The translations under genes and the position numbers were made by a program. 64,000 nt of DNA, from NCBI GenBank assembly GCA_001304155.1, contig LJUX01000001.1, forward strand, positions 324 to 64,323. The letters are read 5' to 3'. Numbering within the stretch: position 1 is the first letter of the stretch; each line of letters begins with the position of its first letter. Source of the stretch: a candidate division Zixibacteria bacterium SM23_73_3 (GTDB taxonomy: Bacteria > Zixibacteria > MSB-5A5 > SM1-73). The notes beneath the pieces were generated by a model, which was not told the DNA's origin, ran no database searches, and saw nothing but the letters and a program-made list of their open reading frames with translations. This document shows, piece after piece, positions 29,322 to 39,357 of this stretch.

Positions 29322-31336
29322 AATTCAAAGGCACGGCTTCAAATGAAGCCTCTCCCCCCCAGATTTCCAGTGCCAGAATGGAGAGACTGATTCTTTTTGC
29401 CTGTGCTTTTTTGATCCTCATTCATCTGATAGCCTCGTTCTTTCCCCACTTAAGACTCTGGGGAATAAATCAGCTCCACTATTTTCCCCTTGAGTTTCGC
29501 ATTGCAGTATGCGCAATCGGGCTTTTGGTCCTGGTACCTAAGGTAAACGAATTTTTATCCGAGCTTTTCACTAGAGTCTTTACTCTCTTAGCGGAGAGAT
29601 TCAAAAAGAAGAATAAATATCTTAAATACTCTTTAATCAGTTTACTTAGTCTGATTGTTTTCTGGTTTCTTAGAGCCAAAACACCTTTGCTTGGCGATGG
29701 ATATCTGCGTGCAGGCGAGGTTAACCTGGGAAGATTGATCTCAATTACCGAACCTCTTGATTTTTATCTACACCTTCTGGTTTCTAAACTGTTCAATCTG
29801 GATGGTTATACCACTTATGGAGTTTTGAGTTGTATTGCCGGTGCTATATATATTTTCTTAATCCTTCTTCTCTGTGATCTTTGGGGAAAGGACAACAAGG
29901 AGAGGTTGTTTATTTTTTTGATCTTAGCAACCATGGGAGCAACTCAGTTGTTCTTTGGATATATTGAGAGCTACTCCTTCATGTATATATCAATGATGGC
30001 GTATATTTTCTTCGGCATGAGGTATTTGAAAGGAAAGAGCGGATTTTTGTGGCCCTGTCTTTTCCTGCTTTTAGCCGCCAGTTTTCATCTCTCTGCACTT
30101 TTTGTCTTGCCCTCTTTGTTCTATTTGGCATTTGCCAAGCCTCTCCAACCTTCCAGACAAAAAATCCGCAGGATCCATAGGACCGGAAAGATTAAATTTA
30201 CCAATGTGGTGAGTTTGGTTTGTGTGATCTCGCTGATCTTTTTGGGGCTTTATCTTATGAAAACTTACTTTCCGCAAGAGTCCTCTGGTTCTTTTTTGAT
30301 CTTTCCCTTTGGCAGTGGGGAGAGTTTTTACTCTTTTTTCTCCATGGCTCACCTGATGGATTTTGTGAACCACCAGCTTTTGATCTCTCCGGTGAGTATC
30401 GTGTTGTGCCTGGTGCTTTTAATCTTGCGGGGGTCGATCAACTTCAAAGAAAATGTGGTTAAATTTCTTTTGGGGATAATGGTGTGCTTATTTGGGTTTG
30501 CTTTGTTTGTCGATCCCAAGTTAGGATATGCCCGGGACTGGGATCTTTTTGCCTCTACCGGCTTGGGCGTCACCTTCTTGGGATTATATCTTGTGGTTGA
30601 TATCCTCAGAGGTGAGAAAACAATGGAATTAGGTCGGGTGATAGTGGTTTTGCTCGTCGCTGCACTTATTTCCACCATGCCCTGGATTTTGGTCAATGCC
30701 TCCGAAGAAAAAGCTATAGAGCGGTTCGAGGAGCTGCTAAAAATCGATGAAAAAAGAGCCGCCCATGGATATGAAAACTTAGCCTGCTATTTTCGGGATA
30801 AAGGCGAACACGAGAAAACCATTAAATTATGGAAAAAGGCTATTGCCATAAATCCAAATCCACGTTATTATGGCACATTAGGAAATGCGTATCTAAAGTT
30901 GAAGAGATATGATCAAGCCATGGAAGCGTTAAATCAAGCCATACAGATGGCGCCATATCATCCGCTCATTCATCTTACGTATAAGAATTTGGGTATCTGC
31001 CTGGCAGAAGTGGGGCGGTACGATGAGGCGGTTACTCAACTGAAGAAAACCATAAGTTTGGAACCGAACAATGCAGTCTATTATTATATTTTGGGCAACA
31101 TTCTTGGAAAATCCGGAAGGTATGAAGAGGCAGTGCCATGTTTTGAGACGGCAATAAGATTGGATTCGACCAACGCTAACGCTTATAAGATGTTAGGTGT
31201 AACCTATGGCCGAATGGGAAAAAAAGAGGAGGCAAAAAGATACCTGGAGGCATACTTGAGGTCGACGCCCAAAGATGCCCCCATGATAAAAGGAATCATT
31301 GATAGCATTGAAATCCAGATAGAATATGGCCGATAA
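29318..31336 (+). CDS. Large polytopic membrane protein with C-terminal TPR repeats, paralog 2
   Basis: Conserved blocks shared with 27348-29321 (LLGDxxLRA, ATMGAxQLFFGYxESY, HLSALxxLPSLxYL, VDPKLGYxRDWDLFA). Confidence 0.45.
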   Translation: MKFKGTASNEASPPQISSARMERLILFACAFLILIHLIASFFPHLRLWGINQLHYFPLEFRIAVCAIGLLVLVPKVNEFLSELFTRVFTLLAERFKKKNKYLKYSLISLLSLIVFWFLRAKTPLLGDGYLRAGEVNLGRLISITEPLDFYLHLLVSKLFNLDGYTTYGVLSCIAGAIYIFLILLLCDLWGKDNKERLFIFLILATMGATQLFFGYIESYSFMYISMMAYIFFGMRYLKGKSGFLWPCLFLLLAASFHLSALFVLPSLFYLAFAKPLQPSRQKIRRIHRTGKIKFTNVVSLVCVISLIFLGLYLMKTYFPQESSGSFLIFPFGSGESFYSFFSMAHLMDFVNHQLLISPVSIVLCLVLLILRGSINFKENVVKFLLGIMVCLFGFALFVDPKLGYARDWDLFASTGLGVTFLGLYLVVDILRGEKTMELGRVIVVLLVAALISTMPWILVNASEEKAIERFEELLKIDEKRAAHGYENLACYFRDKGEHEKTIKLWKKAIAINPNPRYYGTLGNAYLKLKRYDQAMEALNQAIQMAPYHPLIHLTYKNLGICLAEVGRYDEAVTQLKKTISLEPNNAVYYYILGNILGKSGRYEEAVPCFETAIRLDSTNANAYKMLGVTYGRMGKKEEAKRYLEAYLRSTPKDAPMIKGIIDSIEIQIEYGR

Positions 31337-31501
31337 GCTCAATAAGAACTTTTGAAAAACAGATGGAATTGGTCAGATGGTTTGTGGGCGGTTTCAATGA
31401 ATAAATTCTGAAGGAAGCGCACGAAATTCAAAAAAGAGACGGAGAGATAAATTTGATCATTTCAGCAAGCTTAAGCGTCACTCAAGGGAGGGAGAGTCAA
31501 C

Positions 31502-33907
31502 TTGATTAAAGAAGATGAAAAAACAATAGAAGATGTCAAAAAGATCGGGGATGAGCTTTCCATTCTTCCCATTAAGGGGACGGTGGTCTTTCCATACTTA
31601 GTCGTTCCCCTGGTGGTGACCGAACAGAAATATGCCAAACTGATCGATGAGAGCCTGATGGAAGAAAAGATAATAGGACTTTTTGCGCAGAAGGACTCCA
31701 CAGTGGAACACCCATCGAAAGAAGACATCTATCAAGTGGGCACGGCAGCGTCCATCTTGAAGATGCTACGGTTTCCTGATGGCAGTGTCAGGTTCTTGGT
31801 TCAAGGATTGTCCCGGGTGAAGATAAAAAATCTCCTTCGGGCTGAGCCATACATGGTTACCCAGATCGAAATCATCGAGGAGAAGGTGGAGAGAGGTGTG
31901 GAGTTGGAGGCTTTAGTTAGAAATGTGCTGGATCTTTTGAAGAAGGTGGTGGATTTAGCTCCTTATCTGTCCGAGGAGCTGCAGGTGAGCGCCATCAATA
32001 CCGAGGACCCCAGCCGGCTGGCTGATCTGATCGCCTCCAATCTCAACATAAACGTGGCTCAAAAACAACAGCTTCTGGAGACCTTCGATACCAAGGAAAG
32101 GCTCAGGAAGGTTCTTTCTCACATCAATCGGGAGATGGAGGTGCTGGAGCTTTCCCGGAGGATTCAATCTCAGGCCGCCAGCGAGTTGGGCAAAACCCAG
32201 AAAGAGTATATACTGCGCGAGCAACTTAAGGCTATCCAGAAGGAGCTGGGTGAAGCAGACGAGAGGACAGCTGAGCTGGACGAGTTCAAAAGGAAGATAA
32301 AAGAAGCCAAGATGCTTCCTGAGGCTTTAGATGCAGCCAAAAAGGAGTTGGATCGACTTTCCAAAATGAACCCGGCGGCGGCTGAATACACCGTCTCCCG
32401 CACCTATCTGGACTGGCTGGTTAACCTTCCCTGGAGCAAAAGCACCCCGGATGTGTTAGACATCATAAAGGCAAAAAAGGTCTTAGACGAAGATCATTAT
32501 GATCTGGAGAAGGTCAAAGAGAGGATTTTGGAATATCTAGCAGTTAGAAAACTGAAGCAGGATATGAAGGGACCCATCCTTTGTTTCGTGGGTCCTCCCG
32601 GGGTGGGCAAAACCTCTTTGGGGATTTCCATCGCCCGAGCTATGGAAAGGAAGTTCAACCGCATATCACTTGGAGGAATGCGGGACGAGGCGGAAATTCG
32701 AGGGCACAGAAGAACCTATATCGGCGCCCTGCCTGGGAGAGTAATTCAAGGGATCAGACGTGCCGGGTCCAACAATCCAGTGTTCATGCTGGATGAGGTG
32801 GACAAGATCGGGCAGGATTTCAGAGGCGATCCCGCCTCAGCCCTTTTGGAGGTTTTGGATCCCGAACAAAACAACACCTTCTCCGATCACTATCTGGATG
32901 TTCCCTTTGATCTCTCCAAGGTGATGTTTATCACCACCGCCAATATCTTAGACCCCATTCCCCGGGTTCTGAGAGACCGGATGGAGGTAATCGAGCTCCC
33001 TGGTTATACCGATTTGGAGAAACTTCAGATAGCAAAGAGACATCTTATCCCCAAGGAGCTGAAAAATCATGGTCTGGGATCGGAGAGTCTAACTTTTCAG
33101 GATAAAGCCATAAAGAAGATAGCCACTGATTATACCAGGGAGGCGGGATTAAGAAACTTAGATAGAGAGATCGCCACCATATGCAGAAAGATTGCCAGGA
33201 TGGTCGCCTCCGGCCAGAAGAGAAAGGTGGAGATAACCCCGAAAAATTTAGGAAAGTTTCTGGGACCGATTAAATTCTTCCAGGAGATGATACAGAGGAT
33301 TCCTCAGATAGGGGTGGTGCCGGGAGTTGCCTGGACCCAGACCGGCGGTGATCTGATGTTTGTGGAAGCCACAAAGATGAAGGGGAGAAAAGCTCTGACT
33401 TTAACCGGCTATCTGGGAGAGGTGATGAAGGAATCGGTGCAGACGGCATTATCCTATGTCCGCTCCGCCAGCAAAAGATTGGGCATCCAAGAGGATTTTT
33501 TTGAGAAATACGATATCCACGTCCATGTTCCAGCCGGAGCCATTCCCAAAGATGGACCCTCCGCCGGAATCACCATGGCAACTGCCATAACCTCTCTTTT
33601 GATCGAAAGACCGGTCAAGCCCAAATTAGCCATGACCGGAGAGCTAACCTTAAGAGGAGAGATATTGCCCATAGGAGGCTTAAAAGAGAAATCTTTAGCC
33701 GCCTACCGAGCCGGGGTTAAGATTTTAATACTGCCCAAAGAGAATCAAAAGGATTTAGTGGAGATACCGGACGAGATAAAAAAGAATATAAAATTCGTTT
33801 TCGTGAAGACGATGGATGAGGTGTTGAAGTTGGCTCTGGATAAAGAGATAAAGATGAAAAGTCAGAAGAAAAAGGGTTCAAAACGAATAAAAAGGACTTC
33901 CCAATAG
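31502..33907 (+). CDS. lon: ATP-dependent Lon protease
   Basis: Lon N-domain, GPPGVGKTS Walker A, catalytic PKDGPSAGI. TTG or nearby ATG start. Confidence 0.9.
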   Translation: MIKEDEKTIEDVKKIGDELSILPIKGTVVFPYLVVPLVVTEQKYAKLIDESLMEEKIIGLFAQKDSTVEHPSKEDIYQVGTAASILKMLRFPDGSVRFLVQGLSRVKIKNLLRAEPYMVTQIEIIEEKVERGVELEALVRNVLDLLKKVVDLAPYLSEELQVSAINTEDPSRLADLIASNLNINVAQKQQLLETFDTKERLRKVLSHINREMEVLELSRRIQSQAASELGKTQKEYILREQLKAIQKELGEADERTAELDEFKRKIKEAKMLPEALDAAKKELDRLSKMNPAAAEYTVSRTYLDWLVNLPWSKSTPDVLDIIKAKKVLDEDHYDLEKVKERILEYLAVRKLKQDMKGPILCFVGPPGVGKTSLGISIARAMERKFNRISLGGMRDEAEIRGHRRTYIGALPGRVIQGIRRAGSNNPVFMLDEVDKIGQDFRGDPASALLEVLDPEQNNTFSDHYLDVPFDLSKVMFITTANILDPIPRVLRDRMEVIELPGYTDLEKLQIAKRHLIPKELKNHGLGSESLTFQDKAIKKIATDYTREAGLRNLDREIATICRKIARMVASGQKRKVEITPKNLGKFLGPIKFFQEMIQRIPQIGVVPGVAWTQTGGDLMFVEATKMKGRKALTLTGYLGEVMKESVQTALSYVRSASKRLGIQEDFFEKYDIHVHVPAGAIPKDGPSAGITMATAITSLLIERPVKPKLAMTGELTLRGEILPIGGLKEKSLAAYRAGVKILILPKENQKDLVEIPDEIKKNIKFVFVKTMDEVLKLALDKEIKMKSQKKKGSKRIKRTSQ

Positions 33908-33919
33908 GTGAAAGAATTT

Positions 33920-33976
33920 CCCAACAGATGAAAAGATTAAACAGATAACATCCTTTAATCTGTTTAATCTGTTGGG
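33920..33976 (+). terminator. Complex hairpin downstream of lon (cccaacagat...atctgttggg with nested aacagat/atctgtt)
   Basis: Inverted repeats read directly; no strong U-tract. Confidence 0.35.
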
Positions 33977-34160
33977 AATCTATAGGAAGCTGTTGTGGAT
34001 GAACCTTGCCAAACCGAGGTGAGTAGAGGTGAAAAGGAATCTAAACTTTTTGTTTTTTCTTTTTGCATTTTTGTTTACTTTTCTTTATCTATCAAACTGT
34101 GGCAAGCAATCAGATTCGCAAGCAGAGATAGAAGCCGCAAAGCAGGGGAGATTCAAAATG

Positions 34161-35612
34161 GGACAAGTAAGAAGGCCTGCGGCGGCAGGCCCAGGTCAAT
34201 TTTACACGGATGATCCAGTGGCTTTAACTAAACAACTGACTGGTTTTTTCAAAAAAGCAAAGAAAGAAGCAATTGAAGGGAAAATCATTGCCCTGATCGC
34301 ACCACACGCTGGTTACATATATTCCGGACAAGTGGCGGCTTATGCTTATAAACTTCTGGAAGGTCTCTCCTTTGAGACCGTGGTGGTGATCTCTCCCAGC
34401 CACATAGCTCACTTCCAAGGCGCCTCAGTATACAATGGCGGAGCCTATGAAACACCTTTGGGCACAATTCCAGTGGATACCTCCTTGGCTGGGAAGATGG
34501 CAGATGCAAACAAAAGGGTTTTTCTTTCCACTAAGGGGCATGGTTTTACGGGGATGAGAGGGGAGCATGCCTTAGAAGTTGAACTTCCCTTTCTTCAGGT
34601 GGTGTTAGGTAAATTCAAACTGGTTCCCATCGTGATTGGCGATCAGGACTGGGCTACTTGCGAAGCTTTGGCACAGGCTTTGACAGGAGCCCTTAAAGGG
34701 AAGAGTGCCTTAATCGTAGCCAGCTCGGATCTTTCTCATTTTCATCCATACGATGAAGCGGTGAGGTTGGACAATATCGTAATAGACTATGTGAATTCCT
34801 TTGATCCGGAAGAACTGTTTTCCGATCTGGCTGGCGGGGTATGTGAAGCCTGTGGGGGAAGCCCCATCGTAGCCACCATGCTTGCCGCTAAGGGACTGGG
34901 AGCGGACAAAACTAAAGTGTTAGAATATGCCAACTCCGGAGATGTGACCGGAGACAAATCTGGGGTGGTGGGATATATGGCGGCAGTCATCTATGATTCG
35001 GGGGACAAATACGAAGAGGAGAAAAAGTCAAAGCCAGAGAAAGAAAAGGTAAGATCCAAGGATGATCTTTCTGAGAAGGATAAAGAGACTTTAATGCACA
35101 TCGCCCGAACCACCATAGAGCATAAAGTCAAAGGCGAAGAGCCGCCGGAATTTAAAGTCGACTCCTCCATATTGAAGGAAAAACGAGGAGCCTTCGTTAC
35201 CATTCACCACCATGGTCGCCTCAGAGGATGCATCGGTTATATAGAAGCGATCAAACCTCTTTGGATCACCATCCAGCAGATGGCTGAAGCGGCGGCTTTA
35301 AATGACCCCCGTTTCCCCCCGGTCTCTCCGGAGGAGCTTCCATCTTTGGATCTGGAGATCTCCGTTCTCACTCCCTTGAGAAGAATAAAAGATATTGAAG
35401 AAATTGAGATAGGAAAGCACGGGATTTTGTTGAAGAAAGGACATAACCAAGGAGTCTTCCTTCCTCAAGTAGCCACGGAACAAGGCTGGGATCGGATCAC
35501 CTTCCTCAATGAGATCTGCTTCAAGGCGGGTATATATGATAAAAACTGCTGGAAGAATAAAGATGCGGAAATCTACATTTTCTCAGCGGAAGTATTTGAA
35601 GAGAAGAGATGA
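34161..35612 (+). CDS. Fused Memo-like / AMMECR1 protein (AmmeMemoRadiSam system components A and B in one polypeptide)
   Basis: Memo N-terminus RRPAAAGPGQFY and IAPHAGYIYSG, then the AMMECR1 motif GAFVTIHHHGRLRGCIGYIE. An alternative upstream start at 34029 would add a lipoprotein-like leader. Confidence 0.65.
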   Translation, partial: GQVRRPAAAGPGQFYTDDPVALTKQLTGFFKKAKKEAIEGKIIALIAPHAGYIYSGQVAAYAYKLLEGLSFETVVVISPSHIAHFQGASVYNGGAYETPLGTIPVDTSLAGKMADANKRVFLSTKGHGFTGMRGEHALEVELPFLQVVLGKFKLVPIVIGDQDWATCEALAQALTGALKGKSALIVASSDLSHFHPYDEAVRLDNIVIDYVNSFDPEELFSDLAGGVCEACGGSPIVATMLAAKGLGADKTKVLEYANSGDVTGDKSGVVGYMAAVIYDSGDKYEEEKKSKPEKEKVRSKDDLSEKDKETLMHIARTTIEHKVKGEEPPEFKVDSSILKEKRGAFVTIHHHGRLRGCIGYIEAIKPLWITIQQMAEAAALNDPRFPPVSPEELPSLDLEISVLTPLRRIKDIEEIEIGKHGILLKKGHNQGVFLPQVATEQGWDRITFLNEICFKAGIYDKNCWKNKDAEIYIFSAEVFEEKR

Positions 35613-36871
35613 GTTTTAAATTTCCGGGTAAAAGGAATATAGCAAAAACAGCTTCATTTCTGGGTTTGGCTTTCGCTTTGTTACTTTTGGGCAGATGGCT
35701 GGATCTGTCTGGAGAGAAGACAAACCAAAAGTCAAAACAGGCAAGCTTAAGCCCTCCCCCTTTGGGGTGTATATTTCAAGGAGAGCTCAAAAAGAATGAG
35801 CCTCTGTATCTTTCTCTTTTGAGAAAAGGTCTCCCCCATCGGCTGATCTATCAGCTCACCTCATCCCTTAAAGGTAAATTCGATTTAAGGAAATCTTTGC
35901 CCGGGGATTCTTATACTCTGCTGACCACGCCCGACTCCATACTTTCGTTCGAATATCAGAAGGGAATGCGTGAAAAATGTACAGTAGTAAGAGAGAATGG
36001 AAAGCTGAAGACTACGGTGGAACCACTTCAGTTCAATTGCATAGTCAAATCACTGCAGGGAGAAATAAAAAGCTCCTTATGGGAATCCATGATAGGAAGA
36101 TGCGAAAATCCAGAGCTGATCATGAAGTTTACCGAGGTCTTTGAATGGGAGATTGATTTTTTAACCGAGCCAAGAGGGGGAGATGCCTTCAGGTTAATCT
36201 TTGAGGAGTATTATAAAGATGGAAATTTTGTAAAATATGGGGATATTCTGGCGGCTGAATATAATTTGGGCAATGGGATTCATCAGGCAGTGCTATATCA
36301 AAACCCCGAAGGACGAAAAAGCTATTATGATCCCTCTGGGAAATCAGTAAGAAAAGCCTTTTTGAAATCCCCCTTAAATTACCGAAGAATCAGCTCCCGA
36401 TTTTCCTACCGGCGCTTTCATCCTATCTTCAAAAGATATCAACCACACTTAGGGGTGGATTATGCCGCTCCGGTGGGCACTCCGGTGGTAACTTCCGGTG
36501 ATGGAGTGGTAATTTACGCCGGCCGGAAGAGAGGTTTCGGAAAAATTGTGGAGATTCGTCATCCCAATGGTTTTGTCACCTCCTACGGACACCTTTCCCG
36601 TTTTGCCAGAGGGATCAGAAAAGGAGCGAAAGTAAAACAGAAGGATCTGATAGGATATGTGGGTAGTACCGGCGCCTCAACCGGTCCCCACCTGGATTAC
36701 CGGGTGAAAGCCAATGGAAGATATGTTAACCCTCTCCGGATGGTTGCCCCTCCCATTGATCCGGTGAAAGAAGAATATCTGGCGGATTTTCAAATGCACC
36801 GGGATAATCTTTTATATGCACTGAATCTTCTCACCCATGAAAGCCTGTTGATTTGGTCAGAAGAACAATAG
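35609..36871 (+). CDS. M23 family metallopeptidase (LytM domain) with an N-terminal membrane anchor
   Basis: HLGVDYAAPVGTPV and GYVGSTGASTGPHLDY zinc-site motifs. Confidence 0.8.
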   Translation: MSFKFPGKRNIAKTASFLGLAFALLLLGRWLDLSGEKTNQKSKQASLSPPPLGCIFQGELKKNEPLYLSLLRKGLPHRLIYQLTSSLKGKFDLRKSLPGDSYTLLTTPDSILSFEYQKGMREKCTVVRENGKLKTTVEPLQFNCIVKSLQGEIKSSLWESMIGRCENPELIMKFTEVFEWEIDFLTEPRGGDAFRLIFEEYYKDGNFVKYGDILAAEYNLGNGIHQAVLYQNPEGRKSYYDPSGKSVRKAFLKSPLNYRRISSRFSYRRFHPIFKRYQPHLGVDYAAPVGTPVVTSGDGVVIYAGRKRGFGKIVEIRHPNGFVTSYGHLSRFARGIRKGAKVKQKDLIGYVGSTGASTGPHLDYRVKANGRYVNPLRMVAPPIDPVKEEYLADFQMHRDNLLYALNLLTHESLLIWSEEQ

Positions 36872-37107
36872 GCCATTAAACTGGCAAGTCCCTTTCTAAT
36901 TTTCCTGAAATGACAACCATGTAAACGCCTAACCTAAAAAAACTTTTTGACAGATTAGGTTTTGGCTGGGTTCTCGGATCAGGAGAGGAAATTGAAGGAG
37001 TAACCTTCTCGGACATAGAGGCAATTCCTCTTTGGGGAAACTTCGACTTAGGCTTTGCTTTAGGGAAATACAGCGTATCAGATAGTGAGAAGAGAAAGAG
37101 AACCATA

Positions 37108-37590
37108 GTGGGCGATCTTTTGCATAAGTTTAAATATGAGCAAGATCGCCATGCGGGTATGATTTTAGCTGATTTAGCTTCCGATTTCATAAACGGTCAA
37201 ATTCTTTTGAAGGCTTCTGATTTGATATTGACCGTTCTTCCGTCTTTCAGGAGTCGACCATTTGATCCGGTCTACTTTGTAGCAGAAAGAATTGAGAAAA
37301 AAACAAAGATTCCCTGGGAGAGAGAGGTTTTTGCCAGAACCAGACTGGTCAAACCCCAGAAGAGCATCTGGGATCGAAAGTTCAAGCAACTAAATGTGCT
37401 CAATACTTACAGGTTAGCAAAGCCTCTAAAGCTGGACGGGAAAAAGATACTATTGATTGATGATATATGTGATTCGGGAGCCACCTTAAATGAAATCTCA
37501 GCTATTCTGAGGCAAACGAAGGCAGACAAGATTTATGTTCTGGTGCTGGCGAAAACTCGGTACTCTGTCGGGGTTAGTTCTTCCAGTTGA
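37108..37590 (+). CDS. ComF/GntX-like phosphoribosyltransferase lacking the usual N-terminal zinc finger
   Basis: PRT motif KKILLIDDICDSGATL and the LLHKFKY motif. The upstream in-frame region has no Cys pairs or ATG; a GTG start near 37099 is possible. Confidence 0.6.
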   Translation: MGDLLHKFKYEQDRHAGMILADLASDFINGQILLKASDLILTVLPSFRSRPFDPVYFVAERIEKKTKIPWEREVFARTRLVKPQKSIWDRKFKQLNVLNTYRLAKPLKLDGKKILLIDDICDSGATLNEISAILRQTKADKIYVLVLAKTRYSVGVSSSS

Positions 37591-37836
37591 TGAAACGAAG
37601 CTAAAGTTTAATTCCGACGGCTGTTGTCTGTCCCAACGGACGTTTGTAAAAAATAAAGAGAGATTCGGTGGGCAAGGGTGTCCGCCATACAAGCATGCGA
37701 TAGCCCCTATCTGGTAGGCGGGGTTCCCAGCCCCGTATAAAAGCGGTTTTTCCAAAACTCTCCAGTTTTCACTTGATATTTAAGTTTTTTCTTATAATTT
37801 TATTATAGAAGCGAGACAACAACAAAGAGGTGCGAG

Positions 37837-38706
37837 TTGGACTATAGAAAATACGTGATTGCTTTAAGAGAGAAGGCGAAGGTTGGACCCAAAGGATTTC
37901 AACAGCTTCTTATGAGTTTTGGTTCGCCGGAAAAGGTATATGAAGTTTCCAAAGAGGAGCTCTCATCTCTTCCACAGATAACTTCCCAGAAAGCAGAACA
38001 GATTCTTAAATCACAAGATTCGTTGCCGGAAATAGAGGAACATCTTCTTTATCTGGAAGAACAGAAAATCGGCCTCCTGACCATATTGGATGATGATTAT
38101 CCCAAACTACTGAAACAGATCGATGATCCCCCACCTCTCCTTTATTTCCAGGGAGAGTTTCCTGTCCGGGGTCAAATCCTTGTGGCAGTGATTGGAGCTC
38201 ACCGACGGTATACCACTGGTGGAATTGAGCTTGCGGTTCAGATTGGAAAAAATCTGGCCCAAAGAAGGGTGGTGGTAGTCAGTGGTTTGGCCGAGGGAAT
38301 TGATTCTGCCGCCCACTTAGGCGCAATCAGGCAGGGGGGTAAGACCTATGCGGTTTTGGGGAGTGGGTTGAATAAAATCTTTCCTGCTGATAACGTTACG
38401 TTAGCGAAAGAAATCACAAAAAATGGAGCGCTGATCACTGAATATAATTTGGGCGTCCCGGTGAAGGTGGGACGACTTATGGCCAGAAACAGAATCGTGG
38501 TGGGGTTGTCTCAGGCGGTGATCGTGGTGGAGATGGACGAGAATAGCCCGGGTACAATGGATGCAGCCAACACCGCTATCAAACAGGGAAAACCCCTGTT
38601 CGTGATGAGAAAAGAGAACTCTCAAAAGGTGGAAGAGTTAATTGCCGAAGGCGCGGTTTTGCTTCAGGGAGTTGAGGATCTGGATCTGGTGGTGAATTTT
38701 ATTTAG
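37837..38706 (+). CDS. dprA: DNA processing protein DprA (Smf)
   Basis: Rossmann-like DprA core VVVSGLAEGIDSAAHLGAI...AVLGSGLNKIFP. Confidence 0.8.
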   Translation: MDYRKYVIALREKAKVGPKGFQQLLMSFGSPEKVYEVSKEELSSLPQITSQKAEQILKSQDSLPEIEEHLLYLEEQKIGLLTILDDDYPKLLKQIDDPPPLLYFQGEFPVRGQILVAVIGAHRRYTTGGIELAVQIGKNLAQRRVVVVSGLAEGIDSAAHLGAIRQGGKTYAVLGSGLNKIFPADNVTLAKEITKNGALITEYNLGVPVKVGRLMARNRIVVGLSQAVIVVEMDENSPGTMDAANTAIKQGKPLFVMRKENSQKVEELIAEGAVLLQGVEDLDLVVNFI

Positions 38707-38829
38707 ACTGAGCCTTTCACATTTTTCTTTTAAATATTAGCTAACTAAACTGAATTGTAATCTTTTAAAGGGAAAAAAGAGATATAAGATATACCACCTC
38801 CAGTCCAAATTTTCTTAAGCATAGATTTG

Positions 38830-39010
38830 ACACAAGGGCGTTTCTTGGCTCAATCCTTCGATCCCTCGGTTTTACTCGGGGTGGTGAGCCTGTCGAATCA
38901 CAGGCTCACTTGGTGCCGCACTTCGTCCCCCGCCAGAGGCGGGGTGTCGAAGGAAGCGCACTCAGTGCGAGGTAGGATGATGAGCTTGTCCTTCGACTTT
39001 GTCCCGCACT
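38830..39010. repeat. Composite palindromic intergenic element (gtgagcctgtcgaatcacaggctcac, cccccgccagaggcgggg, gtcccgcactgtgcgggac)
   Basis: Three perfect hairpins in 180 bp, sharing the CCGCC-www-GGCGG module with families 1 and 2. Confidence 0.55.
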
Positions 39011-39109
39011 GTGCGGGACTTGCCGAACTGTTGAACCATAAATCGAGCAATTACAATCAGGAGATTTTAAGCACTTCTGGGAAATGTCGTAAGGGAATAG
39101 AAAAGAGTA

Positions 39110-39348
39110 TGAAGAAATATCTCGATCACGATGAGAGGATAAAGAAGCTTCAACAGATAGTGGATGGGGTTTGCAGGAAAATAAAAAGCGGCAAACTCAC
39201 ATTAGGTGAGGCGAAAAAAGAGGTGGCTTTGGTCAGACTGAAAGCAGAAAAATTGATACCGTTTGAGATGGATAAATTCGACCTTATCTATATGGCCCGA
39301 TTTAAAAGATTGATTGAGCAGTTTCTTTTGCCCAAGTTAAAAAAATGA
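39110..39348 (+). CDS. Small hypothetical protein. The longer ORF from 38827 reads through the palindromic element and is probably an over-extension
   Basis: ATG at 39110 just downstream of the repeat; K/E-rich, about 79 aa. Confidence 0.35.
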
Positions 39349-39357
39349 ATTGCCACA

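Noticed and set aside
34029-34160. Lipoprotein signal peptide as the true N-terminus of the Memo/AMMECR1 fusion
   Set aside because: An internal ATG at 34161 with a GGGAG RBS gives a canonical Memo N-terminus. Memo and AMMECR1 are cytoplasmic families. The leader is kept only as an alternative noted in findings.
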